From NCBI GenBank assembly GCA_004431415.1, contig QPMI01000484.1, forward strand, positions 124,001-188,000: DNA of 64,000 bases, written 5' to 3'. Origin of the DNA: Cyanophora paradoxa CCMP329. Its lineage: Eukaryota; Plantae; Glaucophyta. Below, piece by piece: positions 48,367 through 57,900 of this stretch (the first letter of the stretch is position 1; every line of letters begins with the position of its first letter). The notes beneath the pieces are model-generated. The model was not told the DNA's origin. It saw only the letters and a program-made list of their open reading frames with translations, and did no database searches. Both the position numbers and the translations under genes were made by a program.

Positions 48367-48794
48367 AAAAAATGAGAGAGGACCTGATTCTGTGGCCCAC
48401 CCCTCTTCACCACCCTCACCTCTCCGAACCCACCCCAACCCACCCAATCCAGCGTCTTCCCAGCCATCACTCTCGCCAACCCTTCCGCTACGTCTACCGC
48501 CCTTCTCTCCCTCTGGTCTACCTCCCCTTCCATCCAGCAACCACTAGGTAGTATCTAACGTCTACTCCAATCGATCTTGCAAAAGATATAGCAGTGATTT
48601 GAGACGGGCCCCCAACGCGACGGTCTGCAGAGATAGCTTAATCAGCAGCTAGGCGTTAATACTGTGTTCTTCCTATCTAAATAGCGGAGAGGTTTCCAGG
48701 TTCTAGCTAGACGATAAAACTATATAATCGAAGCTGATTGCATATGCGAGTTTAGGTTCTAGTTAGTCAATAATACTGTGTGGATGATAGCGCC
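48367..48794 (+). repeat. Left terminal inverted repeat (428 bp)
   Basis: Reverse complement of 59102-59529; runs from aaaaaatgagagagg to tggatgatagcgcc. Confidence 0.95.
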
Positions 48795-48870
48795 AGTAGC
48801 AATGTTGAAGATTTGGACAGGAAGTCCTAAAAACGAAAAGATCGAGAGATGTTGAAGATTTGGACAGAAA

Positions 48871-49110
48871 GTATAGTAATGTAGACGAGCTTCTATGCGC
48901 TGGCATAAAAGTATAGTAATGTAGACGAGCTTCTATGCGCTGGCATAAAAGTATAGTAATGTAGACGAGCTTCTATGCGCTGGCATAAAAGTATAGTAAT
49001 GTAGACGAGCTTCTATGCGCTGGCATAAAAGTATAGTAATGTAGACGAGCTTCTATGCGCTGGCATAAAAGTATAGTAATGTAGACGAGCTTCTATGCGC
49101 TGGCATAAAA
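48871..49110 (+). repeat. Six perfect tandem copies of a 40-bp unit, followed by 11-bp microarrays to ~49200
   Basis: gtatagtaatgtagacgagcttctatgcgctggcataaaa at 48871, 48911, 48951, 48991, 49031 and 49071; then (tgatagtgcgc)n and (gccggagacaa)n. Confidence 0.95.
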
Positions 49111-49277
49111 GTGATAGTGCGCTGATAGTGCGCTGATAGTGCGCTGATAGTGCGCTGATAGCTAGCCGGAGACAAGCCGGAGACAAGCCCGAGACAAGCC
49201 CTGTGCCAAGCCGGATCCCGGAGACCAAGCCCGAGCCAAGCCGTCAAGCCAATCGTTACAGGCATCGTTACAGGCAT

Positions 49278-49934
49278 TCACTCCCAGCGATGCCGGAGCC
49301 CTAGCTTAGTGAAGCCGCTCAGCATTGGCTTGTACTCGATCGCCGGCCCGACAGGATCAGCACTGCTAGAGGCGATGCGCAGGATCGATGCGTTAGCTAC
49401 AGGCAGCTCGCTAGCATTCTCATCGACCTCGGGGATCGCAACAATCGTCTTAGCAGGAACAGCAGATGCAGGAGGGGCAACCTTCTTATCGACCTTTGTC
49501 TTCGTGATCGGTTCATTTAAAATCTTGTTCTCCATCTTAGTCTCAGCCGCGATGCCAGCTATAAGATCACTAGCTCGCTTCTTTGAAACTGTTTTAAGAC
49601 CGGTCACAGTTTTAATGAAATACCTGCTACGATTAGCCGTCTCTGAGATGTACAGCGGCCCATCGTCGGTATCCCTTAGCTTGCTAGTCTTGGTCTTCTT
49701 AGTCCGAGAATTCGGGATCTTATCAAGAATAGCGTTCTCATCGGCGGTAAGAGCATAGTCGTTGGATGCACCCTCACCGCCACCAGCGCGACGGGCTAGC
49801 GGGTAAGCATCAGTATCACCACTCAAGAACTCGATGTGATTCTTCTTAGTAGGGCTGGAAGTGCGCAGCCAAGACTGCATGTCTGTCGACTTCTTTCGCG
49901 GAGTGCGCAGCCGAGACTGCTTGTCTGTCGACAT
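49278..49934 (-). CDS. Viral hypothetical protein (218 aa, Lys/Thr-rich)
   Basis: Intact ORF with AAAGATG start context; internal repeat STDKQSRLRT/STDMQSWLRT. Confidence 0.65.
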   Translation of the reverse strand: MSTDKQSRLRTPRKKSTDMQSWLRTSSPTKKNHIEFLSGDTDAYPLARRAGGGEGASNDYALTADENAILDKIPNSRTKKTKTSKLRDTDDGPLYISETANRSRYFIKTVTGLKTVSKKRASDLIAGIAAETKMENKILNEPITKTKVDKKVAPPASAVPAKTIVAIPEVDENASELPVANASILRIASSSADPVGPAIEYKPMLSGFTKLGLRHRWE

Positions 49935-49959
49935 CTTTTAACTAGTAGTGGGAAAAAAC

Positions 49960-50838
49960 TTATGCGAACGATCTGTCGAAGGGGACGTACTCGCTGGCTG
50001 CATTCTTGATTGCGGATTTAGCAGCAGCAGACGTGTAAGAGACATCCTCGATATCGAACTCTAGCACGAACGAGAACTCCGTGTTTGTGACAGCGTCTGT
50101 TCCATTATGATAGCGCAGCGATATGTCAAGTTCAGACAGCTCAGCGTTTCGATCGAAGCCTGTGACGGGAACACGATCCTCAGATGTGAACTTGATGAGC
50201 TCCCCGAATTTTGAGTCGATGTGAATCTTTGCGATCGAGCCCGTTGTATAGGGGTTAAGTGTCAAGATCGAGCCTTTGATCTGCTGAATGTACAGGAACA
50301 AATACGTGTGATAAAGTAGATCAACTGGCATATCGCTGAACAGCTCGTACGAATATTGTACGCCATCGATTGTCTCAGGTGTGTCAAGCTCACTGGAAAG
50401 GTCACTGAGAGTCTTCGCAAACCCGAGCAGGTTCGCTAGTTCGGCCGATGTGAAGCTCAAAATAAAGTCCGCTTCACACAGGAACCTAAGCCGCATTGAG
50501 ATCTCTTCGAACTGAACGACGAACTTGCGCTGATAAGTAGTTCCACCGTAACTATACTGCTGGGTTTTAAGAAGCGTGCTTAGATAGTTTGCAAGGGAGG
50601 TTGGCGTATAGACTCCGGGCTTGAAAGTGTTGGCACGTGTTTTCTCAACGCCAGAGGGATCAAGGGTGCCGGTGATAATTGCGGCTTGTGTGGACAGGTT
50701 GAACATGTTATGAAACAGTTCTAGCGAATCAACTCGCACCGACTTTACATTAACGAGGGGCCTTGGGAGATTGATCTTGAAATTCGAGGACGTGCCTTCG
50801 AACCGGTCCCTAGAATCGACATTTACGCGGAGCTTCAT
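49960..50838 (-). CDS. Minor capsid (penton-like) protein
   Basis: N-terminal VNVDSRDR..SSNFKINLPRPLVNVKSVRV.SLE and C-terminal LSELDISLRYHNG..EFSFVLEF are typical of PLV/NCLDV minor capsid proteins. Adjacent to the MCP. Likely start MKLRVNV at 50838. Confidence 0.75.
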   Translation of the reverse strand: MKLRVNVDSRDRFEGTSSNFKINLPRPLVNVKSVRVDSLELFHNMFNLSTQAAIITGTLDPSGVEKTRANTFKPGVYTPTSLANYLSTLLKTQQYSYGGTTYQRKFVVQFEEISMRLRFLCEADFILSFTSAELANLLGFAKTLSDLSSELDTPETIDGVQYSYELFSDMPVDLLYHTYLFLYIQQIKGSILTLNPYTTGSIAKIHIDSKFGELIKFTSEDRVPVTGFDRNAELSELDISLRYHNGTDAVTNTEFSFVLEFDIEDVSYTSAAAKSAIKNAASEYVPFDRSFA

Positions 50839-50882
50839 CTTTACAACAATATGCATGAAAATTTTCTGGTCTATAATAGCAA

Positions 50883-52112
50883 ATGGCGCAAGCAGGAACA
50901 ACTCTAAAGGAGCTCCTCACTACCAAAGGTTCAAGCGAGCTTTATCTATCCCCGGGTCTCACTGTCGGTGTCAGCCCCAAGTTCAAGCCTTTCCTTGAAA
51001 CGATCCGTCCGCGAGGCAACTCGTACGGCTTCGCGCAGACTGCCGCTTTCGACCTTCCGCGCAAGCAACTTCTAAACGGTGTCTCGCTATACTTTAAGGT
51101 CAGCGTCGCTGGCGGAGCGGCCGCCTCAGTGCTGCCGAATGGCGCAGGTGCATTTATTGAAAACGTGCGCTTTGTTCATGGATCCTTCAAGATGGTGATC
51201 CCAGGAGACTGGCTTACTGTGAACGCGCTCATCGATAATAGCGTTGCATCCGCCCAGGCTTTTGCTAGCAGCTACGGCTTTGGAAAGGACGCTGCTCTTG
51301 AGATTCTCGATGCCAGTCGCGAGTATGTGCTAAAGATCCCCTCCCAGCTCTGGGACAATTCATACTTCCCGCTCCTCGCACTGGCTGACATGCCCACCGT
51401 CGAGATTGACTTCCGTTCGGCTTCGGTGGTTGGAACTGTCGCTAGTGCTGTTGCAACTCTAACGGATTGTGCCCTGGTTTGCCAGTTCGTGAATATCCCT
51501 AGCGAAGAGGCTGAGTCTATGCTTAAATCTGCAAACGAGAGCGGTGGTATTCGAATTCCTTTCACCGAGATTATTTCAAAGCGCTCGAGGCAGTTAAAGA
51601 CTGACGACGCGGGGAATGCAGTCGAAATCTCCCTTGCCAACGTCAGCGGCCTTGTGCACGCGATCCTGATGACAGTGCGTAATGCGAATCACCTGGGCAC
51701 TCGCAATCACAATTCATTTGCTGGCAACGGAAATGCGCTGAAAATCGATTCGTTTGAGATCATGCACAACAACCGAACTCTCGACATCAGCAATAAGCCA
51801 ATCTCTGGGTTTGTATCATCGTGCTATCACATTCCAACTCAATACCGCGGTGCAACCACTGGCAATTCAGCTCTTGGCTTCGAGGACGGAAATGTCTATG
51901 GGATTGTGCTTTCGAAATCTGGCAAAGACTCACTGCATAACGCTGTCCTCGGCTACACAGACTTCTTTAATTCCAGCAGCAGCTACTGCTCGCTAACTGT
52001 GACCGGCTGCACAAACGCAGCGCCAGCAGTTGTTGACTTCCACGTCCTGCGCCACAATGTTCTCGTAATTAACTCGTATCAAATGTCAACTCTAAAGGTA
52101 AGTAACTTCTAG
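50883..52112 (+). CDS. Major capsid protein (double jelly-roll)
   Basis: 409 aa, beta-rich. YGFAQTAAFDLPRKQLLNGVSLYF, GAFIENVRF, YFPLLAL..VEIDFR and C-terminal HNVLVI resemble DJR capsid motifs. Located between the mCP and the packaging ATPase. Confidence 0.8.
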   Translation: MAQAGTTLKELLTTKGSSELYLSPGLTVGVSPKFKPFLETIRPRGNSYGFAQTAAFDLPRKQLLNGVSLYFKVSVAGGAAASVLPNGAGAFIENVRFVHGSFKMVIPGDWLTVNALIDNSVASAQAFASSYGFGKDAALEILDASREYVLKIPSQLWDNSYFPLLALADMPTVEIDFRSASVVGTVASAVATLTDCALVCQFVNIPSEEAESMLKSANESGGIRIPFTEIISKRSRQLKTDDAGNAVEISLANVSGLVHAILMTVRNANHLGTRNHNSFAGNGNALKIDSFEIMHNNRTLDISNKPISGFVSSCYHIPTQYRGATTGNSALGFEDGNVYGIVLSKSGKDSLHNAVLGYTDFFNSSSSYCSLTVTGCTNAAPAVVDFHVLRHNVLVINSYQMSTLKVSNF

Positions 52113-52817
52113 ATGGATATCAAACTGTTTGATCCTACAGAAATAAAACTGCCTAAACGGTTCTTGTTTGTCGGTCCAACAAACTCGGGCAAGAGCACCT
52201 ACGTAAAACACGTGCTAAATGCTGTAGCGCCACAGTTAGACGATATTTACGTCTTCAGTACGACCGCATTTACTGGGCAATGGAATGATACAACACGACC
52301 AAGTAATATCCAGGAAGAATGGGATCCAGTTTTGGTTGAAGCGCTGCTAGAACGACAAAAAGAAAGAAGACGCAAAAATGATGATCGCAAGATTGCAATT
52401 GTTTTAGACGATTTACTTGACAATGACCTAGTAAATGTCCACAGTGACAGACTCATGCAAAAGCTATTTACTTCTGGCCGTCATTACAACACCACCCTTT
52501 TCATAACGACTCAACGTCTTTGTGGCATCAGTCCGACGATTCGGCGGAACTGTGAGTACGTTTGCTTTTCGTCGATTTTGAGCAATGTTAAAGAGTTCAA
52601 CACTTGCTTCGACGAATATAATGCCGGAGCGAGTCGAGCAAATCTAATGCGTCTTTTCGTTGAATGGGGTCATTCGTTTCAGGTTTTGATATATGAAGGC
52701 GTGAGCGCGGACCGCGTTTATGCTGTTGACAAAGCCTCTGGAACGACTTCGGCTCTATTGCGCTTTGTGCGCGTAAAAAAGCAGCGCGATCGAAAGTCGG
52801 TAGCCAGGACTGTTTGA
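52113..52817 (+). CDS. A32-like (FtsK/HerA) genome-packaging ATPase
   Basis: Walker A GPTNSGKS, Walker B IVLDD, SGRHYNTTLFITTQ, SPTIRRN. Confidence 0.92.
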   Translation: MDIKLFDPTEIKLPKRFLFVGPTNSGKSTYVKHVLNAVAPQLDDIYVFSTTAFTGQWNDTTRPSNIQEEWDPVLVEALLERQKERRRKNDDRKIAIVLDDLLDNDLVNVHSDRLMQKLFTSGRHYNTTLFITTQRLCGISPTIRRNCEYVCFSSILSNVKEFNTCFDEYNAGASRANLMRLFVEWGHSFQVLIYEGVSADRVYAVDKASGTTSALLRFVRVKKQRDRKSVARTV

Positions 52818-52980
52818 GCAACCAACTTGTATATTCTGGACGTGATGTCGCGATCCACAGGTAGGAGGCTCCTTTAAAAATACCAAAGCTGATGCAGTGA
52901 CTTGGGGTGAGTTGACTCCTGCCTGGCCAACAGTCTTCTAGATTTAACTCTTCCTCTGCCGTTTCGAGTTCGAGTTCCAT
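52597..52980 (-). CDS. Small protein with an FGxxKG..P.Y..WL motif (DUF3820-like)
   Basis: ISFGIFKGASYLWIATSRPEYTSWLLKQ; ATG preceded by an AT-rich tract. The 3' part overlaps the ATPase antisense. Confidence 0.5.
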   Translation of the reverse strand: MELELETAEEELNLEDCWPGRSQLTPSHCISFGIFKGASYLWIATSRPEYTSWLLKQSWLPTFDRAAFLRAQSAIEPKSFQRLCQQHKRGPRSRLHISKPETNDPIQRKDALDLLDSLRHYIRRSKC

Positions 52981-53011
52981 TAAAAAGATAAAGGGGTGTT
53001 ATTCCCTTCAT

Positions 53012-53542
53012 TCAAACCTGTGGGAAGTTCAGCCGCAGAAACGGCTTGTCCTCTTCGCTGGTATGTTCTATAACGTAAGCATCACGAGCTTGAGCTGCTG
53101 CTTCGGCGGTTGCAAAGTAGCCGATGTTCTTTAGACGGCCATTGATCCTGTAATTTGCTTTCCATTTACAAAGTCGCTCATAGAAGCTGACGCCAATGAA
53201 TCCTGATGTGTTTGTGAGCCGACGGTTTTGGTTCAACATCTGCTGACGCTTTGTCGCCAAACGTAGATTCTCGCGACGATTATCGAGTTTGTTATTATTA
53301 ATGTGATCTACAGTAAGGTCATTCTCAAGTCTCCCAACAATGAACGTATGCAAATACATATTCTTTCCATTGATCTTGCTCGAGGTATAACCATTGTTCA
53401 AACACCATCGTTTCTCCAGCACTCGATCAGCATCATCCTGTGATACAAAAGCGTAGGCGACGATTACTTTGCGCCGATTGCGAATACCGCCTAACGGAAT
53501 CAAAGCAGCTCCCTCTGGAACATCTGGAACGATGACCTCCAT
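53012..53542 (-). CDS. HNH endonuclease with C-terminal AP2 DNA-binding domain
   Basis: VDHINNNKLDNRRENLR (HNH); NTSGFIGVSF..KWKANYRING..IGYFATAEAAAQARD (AP2). Confidence 0.9.
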   Translation of the reverse strand: MEVIVPDVPEGAALIPLGGIRNRRKVIVAYAFVSQDDADRVLEKRWCLNNGYTSSKINGKNMYLHTFIVGRLENDLTVDHINNNKLDNRRENLRLATKRQQMLNQNRRLTNTSGFIGVSFYERLCKWKANYRINGRLKNIGYFATAEAAAQARDAYVIEHTSEEDKPFLRLNFPQV

Positions 53543-53673
53543 CTGCGCAGCGAGCTGCTTGTCTGCGACTTTTTCGTTACATTTACAGTTTGCATTATCT
53601 TTAAGACTTAAAAGTCGCGCTAATTTGTCTTAAAAGGATTTATGTCTCTTATTATTGAGAGACAAACCGAACA

Positions 53674-54018
53674 ATGACTTCTGCAATTACTGCGGATTGC
53701 GTTGCGGTTAAACGTGGCCGTGGGCGACCCCCTAAGGTTCGTCTTTTAACAATGGAGCCTTATCAGCCGAAGAAGAAGGGGCCTAAACCGATGGAGGTCA
53801 CCCCGGAGATTTTAGCAGAGCGACGCAGAAAGAATGCTGAACGCAATCGCAAACTGCGCCACACGAACGAAACATACCGTTTGAAACAGCTTGCCATCAC
53901 AGCGAAGTATCGAGCTGAGAATCCTGATAGGATCCGGGAGTACCACAGGAATGCTATTGCGCGTAGATGCCTCGCGAAGAGCGGAGCTTCTGTAGAGCTC
54001 GAGGTGATGCAGCTTTAG
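53674..54018 (+). CDS. Small basic AT-hook protein
   Basis: KRGRGRPPK AT-hook; Arg/Lys-rich helical C-terminus. Confidence 0.65.
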   Translation: MTSAITADCVAVKRGRGRPPKVRLLTMEPYQPKKKGPKPMEVTPEILAERRRKNAERNRKLRHTNETYRLKQLAITAKYRAENPDRIREYHRNAIARRCLAKSGASVELEVMQL

Positions 54019-54904
54019 CACCTGCTCGTAGCTTTGGCTCCCCTGCAATCTCAAGCTTCTTGAGCTCTCGATACTGCCGGCTTTGACCGCTGTATTTTTT
54101 TGTTTCGATCAAACCCTCACGTCTCAATCGTCTCTGCTGTCGCATTTGCACTTCTTCTTTTTCGATTCGTGTTTGAGGTGCAAGCTCACGCGGTTGACGT
54201 ATTTCCGATGGTTTAACACGTCTAGAAATTTCCACACCCTGTTTTGTAACGAGTCGAACACGGTTCTTGTCTGCGCCAGCAACTATGTACGTCTCCTTGC
54301 TTGGCTTTGTGGTTCCCTTCGCAAAAACGCTTGGCTTCGGCTCCAGGACTTGCACTTCGGTCCCTGTGCGCGGTATGTTCGAATTGTCTCGTTCAATATC
54401 GTTCTGTCGCTGTCTAACTTGATGCAGCTGCTCGGCTACCTGTGTATTTTCCCGCATCCACTTTGGTGAGTGCTCCCCGCCGAAAGAGCTGTGGGCTGTT
54501 TCATTGTACGCCTTGACAATTGCCGGCAAACGTGAGAGGAAATGCGGGGAGCCACGAGCTTCTGTATCAGTCTGAATCAGTGCTCGCAATGTCCTCGCGA
54601 ACCTGTCGATAATTCCCAGCTTGGAGCCTTTTGAAATGTGATCATCCTTAGCCACATCAGTGTGCATTTTCAACGAGTTCTCTTCAGCCATTTCCCGAAT
54701 TGCTGCTGTGTTGAAGCCGTTGTCTCCTGAAAAGCCCCATATTCCAGGTAGCTGCTCGATCATTTTTGGAAGCTGCTTAAAAGTCTCGAGCTTACGGACC
54801 ACAGCGAAACGGGTTGCAATCTCGACCGCTGCGAACAGGCGAAATCTCCCAATGAACAGCACGTCAATTTGCCACGCACCGGGTGGCGCAGTAATCTGGT
54901 ACAT
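53954..54904 (-). CDS. Retroviral-type (rve) integrase
   Basis: PGAWQIDV (D1), FSGDNGF (D2), LGIIDRFARTLR (third acidic position), YNETAHSS. Consistent with the 6-bp TSD. Confidence 0.88.
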   Translation of the reverse strand: MYQITAPPGAWQIDVLFIGRFRLFAAVEIATRFAVVRKLETFKQLPKMIEQLPGIWGFSGDNGFNTAAIREMAEENSLKMHTDVAKDDHISKGSKLGIIDRFARTLRALIQTDTEARGSPHFLSRLPAIVKAYNETAHSSFGGEHSPKWMRENTQVAEQLHQVRQRQNDIERDNSNIPRTGTEVQVLEPKPSVFAKGTTKPSKETYIVAGADKNRVRLVTKQGVEISRRVKPSEIRQPRELAPQTRIEKEEVQMRQQRRLRREGLIETKKYSGQSRQYRELKKLEIAGEPKLRAGAKAASPRALQKLRSSRGIYAQ

Positions 54905-54913
54905 CTTTGTAAA

Positions 54914-57900
54914 TCAGGCGCGATTTTTATAATGTCCAATCGCTCGGGTGTTGATCCCGTCAGTCTCGAGGAAGCGTTTGGTATCAAGGGGATGTAGAGC
55001 CTGACGCGAGGTTCGTTGTAAATAAATCTCATGTAGTTTCGAGCGGAAACCGAGAATTCCTTTGATGTCATACGATTGCTTTTCTCCCTCTTTAGGGCAG
55101 ACGCACCGGAAGAATACATCCCTTGTGAGTCTGTTGTAGTACGTCTTTTGAATACCCTTGCATACCTGCTTGTCCGTGGAATCTTCACGCGAATAATAGT
55201 AAGATTTCGGCCGGTTAGCGATCCACTCTGTCATTTGCAGACCATGGAGCTCATCCTTGAATAATCCCGGAGTTTTCCCCATCGATCGTAGAGCTCGAAC
55301 CTCATCGGCTGTCATGCCATCGAAGAATCGATGTGTCTCTGGGTAGTCGCTAACATCCAGCTCATGCTTGATTGAGCGTAAATCAGCATAGATATCTTTG
55401 GTGCGAACCTCGATGATGAGACTGTCAGTATCCGTACCTAATAGTGTCAGCCGCTGGCCCCAAAGCAGCTTGAGCACCTGGTAGTAAAAGCGGTACATGT
55501 GCAGCTTGGAAAGTTCGAGGATGACGAACCCGCAGTAGATAGGTTTGTTCAGATTGTACTCACTTTTGCGCTTGGAAACGAATACAAGGTTCTCTTCGTA
55601 CATCACCACCTGCTTCAACCGATTTGGTTCGCTGTTGATCTTCACCAGACGGTCTCCCGAAGTCACAAGCTCTGAAAAGCAGTGCTTTCTCACGTTCTCC
55701 ATTGTTTTGCCAAAGACACTGTTGTTCATCAACTTGTAAAGGTCCTTCTGGTATGTGAACTGCGATTCTTTACGTTTTTGAGTATTGAGATCTATGAAAC
55801 GCCCTAGCCATGCGCTTTGTTCGTACGATAGGATCCGATGGATGTTGGTTACTATCATTCCCAGTGACGTATAGAGCTGAAGCAAGCGTCCATCAACAAC
55901 ATAATTCTTTTTTGGAAGCAGATTTGGAACGAGCTTTGGAGTTCGTTCAACTGAGGTAAGCTTCTCGTCGTTAATCATATCCTGTTGTCGCTTTGATAGG
56001 TGTTCCTTGGACACACACATCCGTTCAGGGGCCAGCGGATAGTCTGAGAACTCGTCATGGAGATGCTCAGGCATGTACATATCGACTTCGAGAGCATAGC
56101 CACGAGCTCCATCCGCGTCAAGGCTTGCAACGTACTGCATTACATCAACGTCTTGATCTAGTTTATCCCAGCGGAAATCTCCTGTGGGTAGCTTGCGCTT
56201 CATTGCGACGCCGTACAAGTTGTTTGCATCGAGGTACATGAGCCACGATTCCTTGTGTGTTCGGTAGTAGTTAGAAATGCATGTAGACTGTGAGACTGTA
56301 GGCTCAACAGCGTGGGTGTACTTGTTGAACTTTATGCTCAAATATTTGTTCTCAGCTCGTGCGTAGCGTTTTGAGATCATTGAGATTCCGCCCCTGATCC
56401 CGGATTCTATAAATCTGTGCATATCCTGCTGCCCCTCGTGAAAGAGCTCGAGCTTCACTCCAGTGTGCTTAAGTGCTGCCTGCCAAGCAAATCCCGGCGA
56501 TGACATAAAATAGCTAGGATCTAGGCCATACGTTTCAATACACGTATCACGATAGTTTTCAAACACGTCAGCTAGTAACGCGATATCTGTCATCATATAC
56601 TCCATTGTATAGCCTGATAGCGTTCTGCAGCCGAGCTCTCGCCAAACAGCCTTCGCATGTGCGTACTCATCTTTCGTGCATTTCTTCTGTTTAAGCTGAT
56701 TTTTGAAATAACGACGTGCAGGCAGTTTAGACTCCTGAAAGCGAGCCCAGCTCGTCATGTAGTCATAAGGGTAAATCCCTTTGCTAGTCATCAGCTTGAA
56801 CCGAGTCTCGTCCAGATACAGCGAGCGCGTGATCTTCTTCTTCTCCGCGGGCAGAGCCTTTGCAAGGTCGTCCAAGCTCGCATTCAAGTGCTGAGCCGAG
56901 TCCCGTAGAACGTAAATTCCATACTTGAACTGCGAAATTCGCTCGCTATTCTGGAAGACCTGATCGAATTTTATCGAAAGGAGACTCTGCGGGCGGAGCC
57001 GGCGTTCGAGCCCCTTCTTCGCCTTCTTTTTCTGCTCTGGGGTCATCTCACGCCCACCGTACTTGCTTTCAAACTCGCTTTCGACATGCGCTTGAAACTC
57101 CTTCCAAGCTGCTAAACGACGGTTATAGCCAGATGCTAGAGCACGTACGAGCAGGTGGAAGTCAAATCCTCGACCGTTGTGCCAGAATAATGGAACAGCA
57201 GCTGATTTCGCGCGGCGTCGATTGCAAGCTCTGCAGGCAGCCCCGAAATATCGGCCAGATTCGTGGCAGTGATCACGGTGCTTGTCTTTCGCATCCTTGA
57301 ACGTGTTCTTGCACATGTAGCACTCGGTCGTCGTTTGAAAACGCTGCTCCTCTTCCTGAGTAATCTGGATTGGTGCAGTCTCTCGCAAAAGCTCTCGGAA
57401 TTGTGGTTCCATTTCGTCCAACCATTGCACGAACTTCTCAGTGCAGTCCTCGCTCTCCGAACCCATGTATTTGAAACAAAACTGTTCACCTTTTGAAGAT
57501 ACAACCAGACAGCCGACTGAAGCAATCACATGCACACCTTTCTTTTCGGTCTTTCCACTAATGCAGGGAATTGGCATTGTAATCGTCTCTGAATCAGCAT
57601 ATCCGACCAGACGTTGCCGGATTGAGTACTCAAAGTTAATAAACTTCTGGATATGTGCTCCTTTCTCCGGCAGAACATCTCTTGCGTGTTCATCCCGATC
57701 AAGGCAACGGTCATATTTCAGATGATTTTCAAATGCTTGATCTGAGCTAAAACCGACCTGGCAGGCTAAGCAATAGTGCTTTGCATTTGATTCGTTCTTT
57801 CGGAACAGTCGTGAGACGCTCTTAATCCAGAGGTAATGCCCGACATCGTTTCCCTCCCCAGCCGGCACATACAGTATTGGGATTGCGTCTCTCGCAGCAC

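Noticed and set aside
48871-49110. CRISPR array
   Set aside because: The 40-bp units are contiguous and identical, with no unique spacers, no cas genes and a eukaryotic viral context.
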